From Octopus sinensis (Eukaryota), in NCBI RefSeq assembly GCF_006345805.1, contig NC_043001.1, positions 65,782,001-65,846,000 on the forward strand: 64,000 nucleotides of DNA, given 5' to 3'. Shown in pieces: positions 1 to 11,345 of the stretch. A program made the position numbers and the translations under genes. Position 1 is the stretch's first letter; every line of letters begins with the position of its first letter. The notes beneath the pieces were generated by a model that had not been told where the DNA came from, did no database searches, and worked only from the letters and a program-made list of their open reading frames with translations.

Positions 1-345
1 GGAAGTTGAGGATACAGAAGGAAGTGCTGCCTTGTTGCAAATTTGTTGAAAGGTGGGTGAATGCTGGAAGAATGGCCAGTGTAAAAGGACCAATTCTGGG
101 CGTGCACCTTTAAAAAGGGAATCAAAGGAGAAAGGCTCGTGCCCTGTTGCTTAGGTACCCATGGCTTTTGGGGGTTTTTCCACGAGGATCTTAAAGTGCT
201 TCCCCTATTGGGAGTTTAATTTGTTCAACTTCTTTGTTATTACACTGTATATACGCGAAAACCCATTGTATCGTCCTGTTTTTGTCCTTTATGTTGTCGC
301 ATGTCTCGTAATGTTTTGTATGTGAGCTCTTGTGGCCAATAAAAG
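1..345 (+). mobile_element. 3' end of a Tx1/L1-like LINE (ORF2 C-terminus at 3-113 plus 3' UTR), related to but diverged from the elements at 11062-21660
   Basis: Frame 3..113 reads KLRIQKEVLPCCKFVERWVNAGRMASVKGPILGVHL*, aligning with KMRLERKVLSDSKFYERWVNCARLACINGPVLRFRL* of ORF 11346..12632. Ends in CTTGTGGCCAATAAAAGAATT followed by (TTA)n, like the other two copies. Confidence 0.85.
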
Positions 346-370
346 AATTAATTATTATTATCATTATTAT

Positions 371-464
371 GAAGGCAGCGAGCTGGCAGAATCGTTAGCA
401 CGCCGGACGAAATGCCGCCAAGTCTTCACACGAAATTGCTGGCCTTGTGCTAAAATTTGAAACC
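371..464 (+). mobile_element. Internally deleted tRNA-derived SINE (family 2)
   Basis: 5' head GAAGGCAGCGAGCTGGCAGAATCGTTAGCACGCC joined to 3' end AAATTGCTGGCCTTGTGCTAAAATTTGAAACC-ATTATT; same family as 8311-8523 and 36220-36450. Confidence 0.8.
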
Positions 465-604
465 ATTATTGTTGCTGTTATCATAATCTTACGTAGTCTT
501 GTGCGACCCTTTACTATAATGTTTTGTTTTGTAGATGGAAAGCCAAAGCGAGAGTTTGCGGGGCGTAAAATGTCTGGGAATAGCTGCTATATATCGTTGA
601 CTCT

Positions 605-760
605 CTGCATCAGCAGCAGTAGCATCAGCAACAGCATCATCAGCAGCGGCTCTAGTAGTAGTAGCAGTAGTAATAGTAGCTGCAGTAACAGCAGCAGCAG
701 CAGCCGTAACAGTAGTAGTAAATGTAAACATATCAACAGCAGCAGAAAGGAAACAGTAGC
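605..760. repeat. Mixed (CAG)/(TAG) trinucleotide low-complexity tract
   Basis: Direct reading; explains the poly-S/poly-A/poly-L ORFs. Confidence 0.85.
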
Positions 761-1214
761 TAGATGTGAACAACAAGTTTTCCAAGTAACACTGCAGTTG
801 TGTTTTGTTCTATGTTGAAATGAACTGGGAAGAACAGAAGTCAGTTTGCTGATAACTCTTATGTAAATACACACTTTAATTGTTAAAAAATATATTTTCT
901 CAAAATTCCATTCACAGAATGAAAACGGATAGTATAAAGTTCGCCCCTCCTTAATAGATCAGAAACGCGACAAATAATTAGTTGACATCATAAGGAAAGA
1001 AACATTTTCGAAGTCGAGCATAAAAGAGCGTGTTTAAGAAAACTAAGACACTAGTCTCGGTTGAGGTGAGGGGGTGGTAGAGTTAGAGGAAGACGGAAGA
1101 GGGAAGGGAAAGAAAAGGAGTCCTTTTTATCTAGCACTTAAATAGTTCAGTTGGCACAAGTGTCAATACAAATAGTATTACCTTTCCCCTACTGAACGAA
1201 TGCAAGGAAAAAAA

Positions 1215-1293
1215 TCAAATAAAAGGTTTGTGTATTTTCGCAGATAAAACATTTTCTCTTTTACGAAATGAGCCGCGCGTTTGCGTTAGACAT
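1215..1293 (-). CDS. Candidate downstream coding exon (D) of the putative minus-strand host gene
   Basis: Strong acceptor CTGTCCCTCGTTCTCTTTCAG|A. Only a phase-2 entry stays open ([25 protein letters not shown]), matching the phase-2 exit of exon C. CpG-rich. 3' boundary uncertain. Confidence 0.25.
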
Positions 1294-1330
1294 CTGAAAG
1301 AGAACGAGGGACAGTTTCCACCACAGCTAA

Positions 1331-1356
1331 TGTGTGTGTGTGTGTGTGTGTGTGTA

Positions 1357-1440
<84 letters not shown>

Positions 1441-1468
1441 TGCGTGTGTGTGCGTGTGTGTGTGCGCG
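1331..1468. repeat. (GT)n microsatellite
   Basis: Direct reading. Confidence 0.95.
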
Positions 1469-1948
1469 TGAAATGGAATCTTACTAACCTACTTTTTTAC
1501 TGGATAAACGTGACATAAACATGAAGAAACAATTCCACACACCGAGCTAGAATGATTTCTTTTCAATTCGTTCCGGTTATTATTGCTGTTGTTGTTGTTG
1601 CTGTGCGTTGGCGCTGTTTGCCTCCACTTCACGCCTTTAACACTCTTCGAAATGCTGTTAGGAATGTATGACAGAATCTCAATTTTGCTCTCTTATAAAA
1701 CCTGAGATAATGTTCCTTGTGAAAAGAAATTATAATTAGAATCATTTAAGCCTGGCTATTTTCTTTTTCTCTTTTCCATTATCGTTGCGGGTTATTTTAT
1801 TATTTGTTTGTTAGTTAGTTTATTTATTTACTTATACCATCGACGTGTTTTGGTTTTATTGGGAAAATTGTAGCAACCTTCACCGCCTTTGCTCATATTT
1901 TTGTTTTTATCCCGTTCTGTTTCTTGATGTAAGATGGTCGCTAATAAA

Positions 1949-1991
<43 letters not shown>

Positions 1992-2348
1992 TTTCTTTAT
2001 CCTTGCTGTCGGCGTCATTTTTACCTAGTTTTACATTTATGGAAGTTTTCAATGCCTTGTTTTTTATTGCATTGACAGTATTTTATGTAACGTGTTGTAA
2101 GTTTTTATGTTGTGTCAGTCCCGAAATCTTCCTTCTTTCTGTCCCCGTCTCTTTCTTTTTGACGCAGGAGATTGTTTCTGTTTTCAAACCTCACACCCTG
2201 AATATCAATCAACTCAGTATTATCTCATAGATATACTGCTGTTTGGGTGTTTAGATTGACAAACCTGGGTGGGTTTTACATTGGTTTTTCTGATAACAAG
2301 AATCGTAACGACATACATAATAATTATGTCGTCACCACTAGTCTTTAT

Positions 2349-2427
2349 CACCACCACCACCACCACCACCACCACCACCACCACCACTACCACCACCACC
2401 ACCACCACCACCACCACCACCACCACT
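2349..2427. repeat. (CAC)n microsatellite
   Basis: Direct reading. Confidence 0.95.
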
Positions 2428-2578
2428 AGCACCCCTCCGCCGCGCCGCCACTGCCAGCCACCATCACAATTGCTGTTAAAACAGTTACGTGAGATTTGAG
2501 GGCCATTTGGCTGCCATTTCTGTCAGATTTAGCTATATGTAAACGTCTTTCTTGTTGGCTCATACATACATACATATA

Positions 2579-2612
<34 letters not shown>

Positions 2613-2699
2613 GTTACAAAATATCTAAACAACAAAAAGGTTAGTAAAGCCCTTAAAATCTCAAGATGCAACCACAAATGTCGCTAATAATGTCATTCT

Positions 2700-3110
2700 T
2701 CTGTAGAGGACATAACATGTAATCAGCAGCTGTCCAGAAATCTCATCAAAGTAGTACTTCCCAATGAGATATGATGTCGTTGCTAAAACAATATACAAAG
2801 CCATATTCACGAAAGACTCTTCTAGGATAACTATAAGCAATACATCTATTATTAAATATATAATTACGTATCAGCACAAGGAATATTAGTGGAACATACC
2901 CTTCAGAATTTCGATCCAGGGGACACATAACATATTTGACATAGTTATTTGGAACATCTCTTCGAAAATCAGCAAGAAGGAAACTATCTTTGGACAAATA
3001 CCTTCGAAACTTGGTATAAATAATTATTGGTATACATCTACATTTAAATCAATAATTGCTGGTACACTCGATTATGTTTGTAAATGTCAAAATGTCTAGT
3101 AAATATCGCC
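2700..3110 (+). pseudogene. Degenerate RLE-type LINE C-terminal fragment (zinc knuckle end, RHD-like motif, PD-like endonuclease region)
   Basis: Manual translation: ISSCPEISSK*YFPMRYDVVAKTIYKAI...KEY*WNIPFRISIQGTHNIFDIVIWN...FKSIIAGTLDYV, matching the C..RHD..W..N.PDIV..PIIVGALG layout of the Dong ORFs in this window. Confidence 0.65.
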
Positions 3111-3326
3111 TGTTTTCCATATCCGCCAACTCTGACGAGCGCAATTCTTAGATAATCATTTAAGTACCTAATATCCTGTACACAAACGATTGGTAAAGTC
3201 GACAGTAATGAATCTATAATATTGTATATTTCGAGTAATATACTTACTCTATTGACAAACATACGAGTGCCAATTTTTCTGACTTGTACATTCTTACACG
3301 ACTATATATATATATATATATATATA

Positions 3327-3491
3327 GGCGCAGGAGTGGCTGTGTGGTAAGTAGCTTGCTAACCAACCACATGGTTCCGGGTTCAGTCCCACTGCGTGGC
3401 ATCTTGGGCAAGTGTCTTCTGCTATAGCCCCGGGCCGACCAATGCCTTGTGAGTGGATTTGGTAGACGGAAACTGAAAGAAGCCTGTCGTA

Positions 3492-3548
<57 letters not shown>

Positions 3549-3765
3549 TTGTGTGTCTGTGTTTGTCCCCCTAGCATCGCTTGACAACCGATGCTGGTGT
3601 GTTTACGTCCCCGTCACTTAGCGGTTCGGCAAAAAAGAGACCGATAGAATAAGTACTGGGCTTACAAAGAATAAGTCCCGGGGTCGAGTTGCTCGATTAA
3701 AGGCGGTGCTCCAGCATGGCCGCAGTTAAATGACTGAAACAAGTAAAAGAGAAAAGAGAAAGAGA
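3327..3765 (+). mobile_element. tRNA-derived SINE (family 1), full length, with internal (TA)n/(GT)n
   Basis: Pol III A-box TGGCTGTGTGG and B-box GGTTCAGTCCC, central CTTGGGCAAGTGTCTT, 3' end GCATGGCCGCAG..AAATGACTGAAACAAGTAAAAGAG. Partial copies at 38890-39055, 40897-41010, 44448-44490 and 45645-45705. Confidence 0.85.
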
Positions 3766-3894
3766 AATATATATATACATGTGTGTGTGTGTGTGTGTGT
3801 GAGTGAGTTTATGTTTGTCTGTATGTGTATGCATATATGTATGTATATACATGCATATGTACGTACATACATATATACGAACTAAATAACAAGT

Positions 3895-5575
3895 ATGTGT
3901 TCAAAGGTTATAATACGACAATAAGCCATCTGTTTTATATGGACGATATGATGCTGTTTGCTAGAAACGACGAAGAGCTAGCAGGGCTGCTAACAACTGC
4001 TAAAGATTTCAGTAATGACATCGGGATGAACTTTGACTTTGGTAAGTGTTCTCAAGCAACTTTTGTAAGAATCAAACTCAGGAAAACAGCTTCTATTAAA
4101 TTATATACCGACACTACCATCAAGGAGCTTGATCCACAAGAAAATTTCAAATACATGGGGATAAAGAAAGGATATGGTATACAACCTGCTACCATGAAGG
4201 AAAAACTAAGAAAGGAATATTGCAGGAGAATAAGACTCATACTAAAAACTGAACTCTAAAAATCGCATCGGAGCCATTAACACCCTGGCACTTCCAGTAG
4301 TACAATATAGTTTCAATATCATTAACTGGAATCTTACAGAGCTCCAACGCCTGGAGAGAAAGACAAGAAAACTACTAACTTCTAAGAAAATGCAGCACTC
4401 AAAAGCATATGTTGATCGTCTGTACGTACCCAGAAGTAATGGGGGAAGAGGAATGATGCATGTAGAACTGTTCGATAAGATTCCACAACAGCAATGAACA
4501 GGTACTTATCCAGTACAGAGGACTGGACGCTACGACTTGTGTGCAAATACGAAAGTAGCAAAAAATCACATTTTATTGTCAAGGAAGCTTGCAAATTCAC
4601 AGGGGAACTTGGCATTAATCCTGAAATATTTGAAAAACCTGAAACTACTGCCACAAAATAAGCAAAATGGATCAAGCAGACTGCAAAAAAGAACGGGCTG
4701 AAATAAATTGAGTAGCGGTGGAGCCAGAAGCATCTACATGGACAGTATATTCTACGAAGTCGAAAGCAGAGACTAAAGGTTTCATATTGGCGGCACAGGA
4801 TCGAAAGTTGCTTACCAAAAACTACCGGGCTACCGTTCTTCAAAACGGTTCTGAACCTAATTTCAGATTCTACGGCACATTTGACGAAACAATATACCAT
4901 CTCATCTGGGGATGTCCTGTGCTGACACCAAAGAATACAAAAATCGCCACTATAGGTTCGGACAGTATTTACACTGGAAAATATGTAAACACTACAAAAT
5001 CAGCACTGCTGCCTACTGATAAGAACATCATCCTGAGCCAGTCGTTGAAGGTGAAAGTGTCACTACCTTCTGGAATTTTCCAGTCAAGACAGACAGAATG
5101 ATCCATGATAATCGACCAGACATGATTTTTAAAGACAGAGACGAAAATATTTGTTAACTAATAGAGGCAATTGTTCCTACTGATAAAAGTATATCTGTCA
5201 AGGAATTTGACAACTTAAGTAAATACAAGCACCTGGAACTGGAGATACAAAAGATGTGGCTTTTTAAAGCGAGAACTGTTCCTGTTATTGTAGGCTCCCT
5301 AGGTATGATAAAACAAAGGATGTCAGAAACATCTAGATAAAATCCCAGGAGAACCGTGTCTCAGAGAAATTCAAAAGATTGTACTGACAAGTACTTCAAA
5401 CATACTTAGAAAAACCCTATCCATTTAAAAGTTTGTGTTGTATTACATGAAGATACTTCGCTACCTTCCCCTCCCCAATTTTTCAGTCATACTGTAACAT
5501 CTCTTATCTTTCACTCGCCCCAGGACACTGGGTGTGTCTCGGCAAGTGACTGTAACAAACATGCAGAAAAAAGTA
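3895..5575 (+). mobile_element. 5'-truncated degenerate R4/Dong-type LINE (lineage B)
   Basis: ISHLFYMDD RT motif, KFGxxKC, ETKGFILAAQD, RPD endonuclease, ILRKTLSI* at about 5426, then 3' UTR and (AAT)n. Many stops and frameshifts. Confidence 0.9.
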
Positions 5576-5589
5576 AAAAAAGAACAACA

Positions 5590-5735
<146 letters not shown>

Positions 5736-5744
5736 ATAACATTA

Positions 5745-7474
5745 CCACAGAGAGTATATGGATTTACCAAAGAAATAAACATGAAATTTGGTGTAGAAAG
5801 ATGTGCCAAAGCAACTTTGAAAAGAAGAAAACTATTTAAGAGTAATAACATCACATTAGATAAAGCAAATAAAATAAGAGAATTAGACCAAAGCCAGACA
5901 TACAAGTACTAAGGAATAACTAAACTAGATACGATACAACTCACACAAATGGAAGAGAAGATAAAAAGGAATACGAGTTAGATGAATACTGAAAACAGAG
6001 CTCAATGCAAAAACTAAGATAATTGGTATCAACACTCAAGCCGTCCCAATCATAAGTTACTGCTGCAATTTTAACTGGACTCAAAATGAACTAATCAAAA
6101 TAGACAGGTAAATAAGAAAAATAATGATAGCATTTAGGATGCACCACCCAAAATTTAACATAGAAAGGTTATATACACAACGTATTGAAGATGGTAGAGG
6201 CTTTATACAGCTGGAAAGCTATTACAAAATAACCACCATATAACTACAAAGATACCTGCTTCAGCAGCAAGGAAAACTAATACAAATAGCCACAAAATGC
6301 GAACAGAACGAAATTTTTTTCAGCCTTTAAGGATGCTGACAAATACAAAAATAAGACATGGTACCTAACAACTATGAAGAAAAAGAAGAAACAACGAAAG
6401 CTGCAAAACAACTGAAATCCAAACTAAAACTGGAAGAGCAACGGGTCATGATACAACGATGGCAAGAAAAGCCCCTGCTCAGCAAATATTGGGTTAAACT
6501 AAATAGAAAAAACAGGCAAAGTAACATCCCAACAATGGCTGAGTAACTCAGGAATCAAAGCAGAGAATAAAGTATTTTTAATTGTAGCACAAGATCAAAA
6601 ACATGTAATAAAAGGAAATACAAGTAACTGCAAAATATGTGGAGATGGAGAAGAAACATTAAATCATATTTTCTCTGCCTGACCAGTCCTGGCTAAGAAG
6701 GAATATATTCACAGACCCGACAGAGTTTGGACCTAAATACACTGAAAGCTATGCCAACACTATGGAATAACAGAAAAAAGATGGAATAGGAACATTCAAG
6801 AAAAGGTTACAGAAAATGAGAAAGCAACTATACACGTCGATGGTATAAGTAAATAAATAAACTAACTAACAAACAAATAATAAAATAACCCGCAACGATA
6901 ATGGAAAAGAGAAAAAGAAAATAGCCACGCTTAAATGATTCTAATTATAATTTCTTTTCACAAGGAACATTATCTCAGGTTTTATAAGAGAGCAAAATTG
7001 AGATTCTGTCATACATTCCTAACAGCATTTCGAAGAGTGTTAAATACACACAGATAGAGAAATTAAGGCCAATAGGCCGGATGTCAGAGTTCACCAAGAA
7101 AAAAAATGCCTTCTAATCGATATAACAATACCAACAGATGACAACGTTTCCCTAAAATAAAAAACGAAGAAACTTTCAAAATACAAAGATCTGGAAATAA
7201 AAGTAACTCGAATATAGAGCCTAAAAACAGAAACAATTCCTATTATAGTAGTTGAATTAGGTTTGATAAAAAGAAACCCATCAAACAAATACGTAACAAA
7301 AAACACCAGGACTTACAAGTATATATAACATCCAGAAAATAGCACAACTAGCCACCGCACACTTTTGGTGCAGTGAAAATAAGAGCGTCACAACAAACCA
7401 CAGTACATACTGAAGGCATACACGCAGCACTCGTTAGCGCAGTGAAAGCACGTGATCAAAATAAGACTACTGAA

Positions 7475-7476
<2 letters not shown>
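5745..7476 (+). mobile_element. 5'-truncated degenerate R4/Dong-type LINE (lineage A-like), interrupted by a 213-bp insertion
   Basis: Colinear with 24130-25725 (MKFGVERCAKAT, RWQEKPL, RHD-like region, same 3' UTR ending AAGACTACTG). Confidence 0.9.
6832..7044 (-). other. Inverted copy of unique sequence 1636-1848 inserted into a Dong fragment
   Basis: Reverse complement matches 1636-1848 over 213 bp with one mismatch seen. Confidence 0.9.
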
Positions 7477-7527
<51 letters not shown>

Positions 7528-7560
7528 ATACTACTGCTACTACTACTGCTGCTGCTGCTG

Positions 7561-7593
<33 letters not shown>

Positions 7594-7646
7594 TACTACT
7601 ACTACTACTACTACTACTACTAGTAATAATAATAATAATAATAATA

Positions 7647-7684
<38 letters not shown>

Positions 7685-7687
<3 letters not shown>

Positions 7688-8241
7688 GCCCTGATACAGT
7701 ACCAGGCAGTGACTCTCATGGCTTCTGATCTTAACTGATTGGAAGTGTTATCATGTACATTGTTTTGTCTTGGTATAAAATATGGGCTACAGCAAATATT
7801 TTGCTCAATACCACAGATTTGCTTGTCAGTTGTTTGACTTTAACCAGTTGAGCATGTCCCTTAGTGGATGACGATATGTGCATCTCTGATCACGAGCAGA
7901 AGTAGTGGGGGAGCATCATAGCCATGTGTTGAGAGGGATTCTTTGGGGTTTGAATAATTCACCTCTGGAAACGTGGGTGGTTCTTTCAACATCCTTAAAC
8001 AACCCTTATTCAGGGACCTTTTGAGCTGGATGGGCTACTCAACCAGAAGAAAATCCTAACTGGGCCCCACCTGCAAGGTCATGTGCTGTTTATCTTTTTA
8101 TGAGATCACCATGTCGCGCACATATGGTTGTGATGCATGTGCCTGGTGTACCCTTATCAGACGGGTAGTCATGATGGGTATATTGGGCTTCGTATATTTA
8201 CCCCAGTGTCACTTTGATGGCATGAACTGCTCTCTCACTCA
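7685..8241. repeat. Unclassified non-coding interspersed repeat of about 560 bp embedded in (AAT)n
   Basis: Colinear diverged second copy at about 10180-10703; flanked by (AAT)n; no ORF. Confidence 0.75.
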
Positions 8242-8250
8242 TTAATAATA

Positions 8251-8310
<60 letters not shown>

Positions 8311-8523
8311 CCTTTCTACTAAAGGCGCAAGGCCTGAAATTTTGGAGAGGAGGTAAGTCGATTTCATCGATCCCTGTGTTTCAATGGTACTTAATTTATT
8401 GACGCTGAAAGGATGAAAGACAATATCGACCTCGGCAGAATTTGAATCCAAAACGTAACGACGGACGAAATACTGCTAAGCATTTCGTCCAGTGTGCTTA
8501 CGATTCTGCCAGCTTGCTGTCTT
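8311..8523 (-). mobile_element. tRNA-derived SINE (family 2)
   Basis: Reverse complement: GAAGACAGCAAGCTGGCAGAATCG...GGATTCAAATTCTGCCGAGGTCG...GGCCTTGCGCCTTTAGTAGAAAGG-(ATT)n. Confidence 0.85.
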
Positions 8524-8559
8524 CAATAATAATTATAAGACTGTACAACAAATTTCAGA

Positions 8560-10135
8560 GTCAAGAAAAAAAACCTAATTCTTATGTACATTTTATTATG
8601 ATGTTGATTGTGCTAAATTCGAATTTTATAACAAAAATTTCCTATCATGTCACATTTTCTTGTAAATTACCGACTTAATAAATATGTCCATTGCAATTAA
8701 TTCATAAATATATAATGAATCGGCATGTTTGTTAGCATTATATGACGTATTAACCTACATTTTAGTATTTACTTCTTCGTTTATAAGATGTCCCAGGCGT
8801 GTCGCGCTTCAGGTTCAAGCAGATGTCAGCTAGCATATACCTGTTTTCCATTGATGCTATATCTTATTGGAACCTCTCTCCATGTTCATCATTGATATCT
8901 CCTGCAATCTCTGAGAAGAAGGACAGATGAGAACGAAACAAGTGTATCTTCAGTGACATTTTGCATCAGAGATCTTGGTAACACTCGATTAGGCTCTCCA
9001 CTATACTGGGCCACCTGGTGCTTTCCCAGAACGTCTTTGCATACATCTTTGAATGCAAACCAGGCTGCTAGCTCAGTTTTGTCCATTGTCGCCTCGAAGT
9101 CCTAATCAGCTATAAGTTGACGAATCTGAGGGCCTACGAATATGCCCTCTTTAATCTTGGCATCGCTTATTTTAGGGAAAGTCGCCTTGAGGTACTGGAA
9201 ACATGGCTTGTTACGTTGCAGTGCTTTGGTAAATTGCTTCATTAGGCCTAGTTTTATATGCAGTGGTGACAAAATGATTTTCTCCTTAACTACAGACTCA
9301 TGATATACATTATGGCATCCAAGCGTCATAATTTCCCGAGGTAACCTATCTGAGCGTACATGATGATCTGATCTGGCCCTACTGTCTCACTTGCAAAGGA
9401 AGCACATAAACTTGGTCTACCCAGTTTGTAGCCAGTTAAGTAGGGCAACTACAATCAAGTCCGCACAAATTAGCCACTCATGCTTCTTGTAACTTATGCG
9501 GACTAGCATAAAAGCAAGGTTCCCATATGCCTCTCTTAAAATTACTGAGTAAGCAATTGGAATTGAATGTATGGTGTTCCCAGTATGCAACAGAACCGCT
9601 TTTATGAATAGCCTCCACTCACTTCATGGGTCAGCTCAAAGGGCATCAAATAGGTCTCTGATATAATTACAATAAGTCAAGTTGTTTACCAAAGTGGAGA
9701 ATTGGTGTAGATCTATAATTAGAGCATCTTTATCCAACAGATTCCATTGATGTAGACGTAAGCCAGGACTTCACTCTGTGCTTAATAAGCGTTAGATCAC
9801 GAACTAGATAATTAAGTTCAGGTTGGATGATGAGGTGTAGATTCTTGTCAGATAGAGCACAGATTTGGACCCATATAACTATAAGAATTTTAAGTGTACT
9901 TTTATAATTTTTATAGGTTAGATTGGTAAATACCTTAAGAACACCCCATTAAAATTATCTCAAAATCTGTTCATAACTTTTAGAGTTGTCAGTTTTGGCC
10001 CAAACCTGTTTGCACTCAATTTCTTCGGAACCATCAGTGTATTTAACGTAAGATGGTGATTTACGAGAAACTGGTGTGTCACAGAAAGAAATGGATGTTA
10101 TATTCGTGATCTACACACAAAATAACCATAGAAAA
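8560..10135 (-). mobile_element. Decayed DNA transposon with a Chapaev3-like (CMC superfamily) transposase
   Basis: Fragments ELNYLVRDL, EWRLFI..AVLLH, HEWLICADL, LSPLHIKLGLMKQFTKAL..FPKISDAKIKEGIFVGPQIRQL, AWFAFKDVCKDVLG, DEHGERFQ*DI. Superfamily assignment is from recalled motifs. Confidence 0.7.
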
Positions 10136-10179
10136 GGTAATTCATTCTCAATTACGTTTTTTCTCATTGTTGTACAATG

Positions 10180-10703
10180 TAATCTTGACTGATTGGAAGG
10201 CTCTTGATTTTAATTGATTGGAAGTGTTATGTATATTGTTTTATCTTTGTATAAAAGATGGGCTACAGCAAATACTCTACACAATACAACAGATTTACTT
10301 ATCAGTTGCTTGACGTTAAACATTTGAGCATGCCCCTTAGTAGCTGACGATATGTGCTTCTCCCATCATGAGCAGGAGTAGTGGGGAAATACCATAACCA
10401 TGTGCTAAGAGGAATTCTTTGGGATTTGAATAATTCATTTTTGGAAACATGGGTATTTCGTTCCTCATCTAAGAAAAACCTTTCTCAGAGACTTTCAAGT
10501 GGGATGGACTACTCGACTCGAACAAGATTCTAACTGGGTCCTACTTGCAAGGTCATGCGCTGTTTATCTTGATTTGAGATCACTATGTTACCCATATATG
10601 GTTGTATTGCATGTGACTGATGCAACATTATCAGACGTGTAGTCATGATGGGTATATGGCGCTTCGTATATTTGTACCATAGTGCACTACTCTCTCACTC
10701 AAT
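10180..10703. repeat. Second, left-truncated copy of the ~560-bp repeat
   Basis: Colinear with 7730-8241. Confidence 0.75.
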
Positions 10704-10723
10704 AAAAATGATGATAATAATAA

Positions 10724-10878
10724 TCCTTTCAAAAAAAGTCACAAAGCCTGAAATTTGGACGATGTGGACATCAACCCCAGTACTCAACTGGTACTTTATG
10801 GATTACATCAACCCCAGTGTTTCACTGGTAATTACCTTATCGACCCCGAAAAGATGAAAGACAAAGTCGACCCCTGCC
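10724..10878 (-). mobile_element. Partial SINE (family 2), 3' half
   Basis: Matches 8311-8440; 3' end GGCTTTGTGACTTTTTTTGAAAGG-(ATT)n. Confidence 0.7.
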
Positions 10879-10911
<33 letters not shown>

Positions 10912-11015
10912 TATAATAATATAATAATACTAATAATACACAACAATAATAATAATAACAATAATAATAATAATATAGTAATAACACAACAACACAACAA
11001 TTAATAAAAATAATA

Positions 11016-11061
<46 letters not shown>

Positions 11062-11345
11062 CAATTCTTTTTTTATTGGCCACAAGGGCTAACACGCATG
11101 ATTACATAAAGGGACAAGACAGGACGAAAGGTTACAAAGGGTTTTGCCGTTTTTTTAAAAACATCGAGTAAAAATCTTTATAACAACTTATAAAATTCAA
11201 CAATGAAAAACTCCCAAAATGGGGAGACGTCTCGAAATGTTCCCGGTGGAAAAAAACCCTACAAAAGCCAACGGGAGCCTGGTCAAAAAAAGGGGGTGTA
11301 GAGAGTCCCCTTTCTTCTCCTTTTACATTACCTTTTTCTTTGAAA

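Noticed and set aside
3327-3400. tRNA gene
   Set aside because: A and B boxes are present, but there is no complete cloverleaf and it continues into a SINE body.
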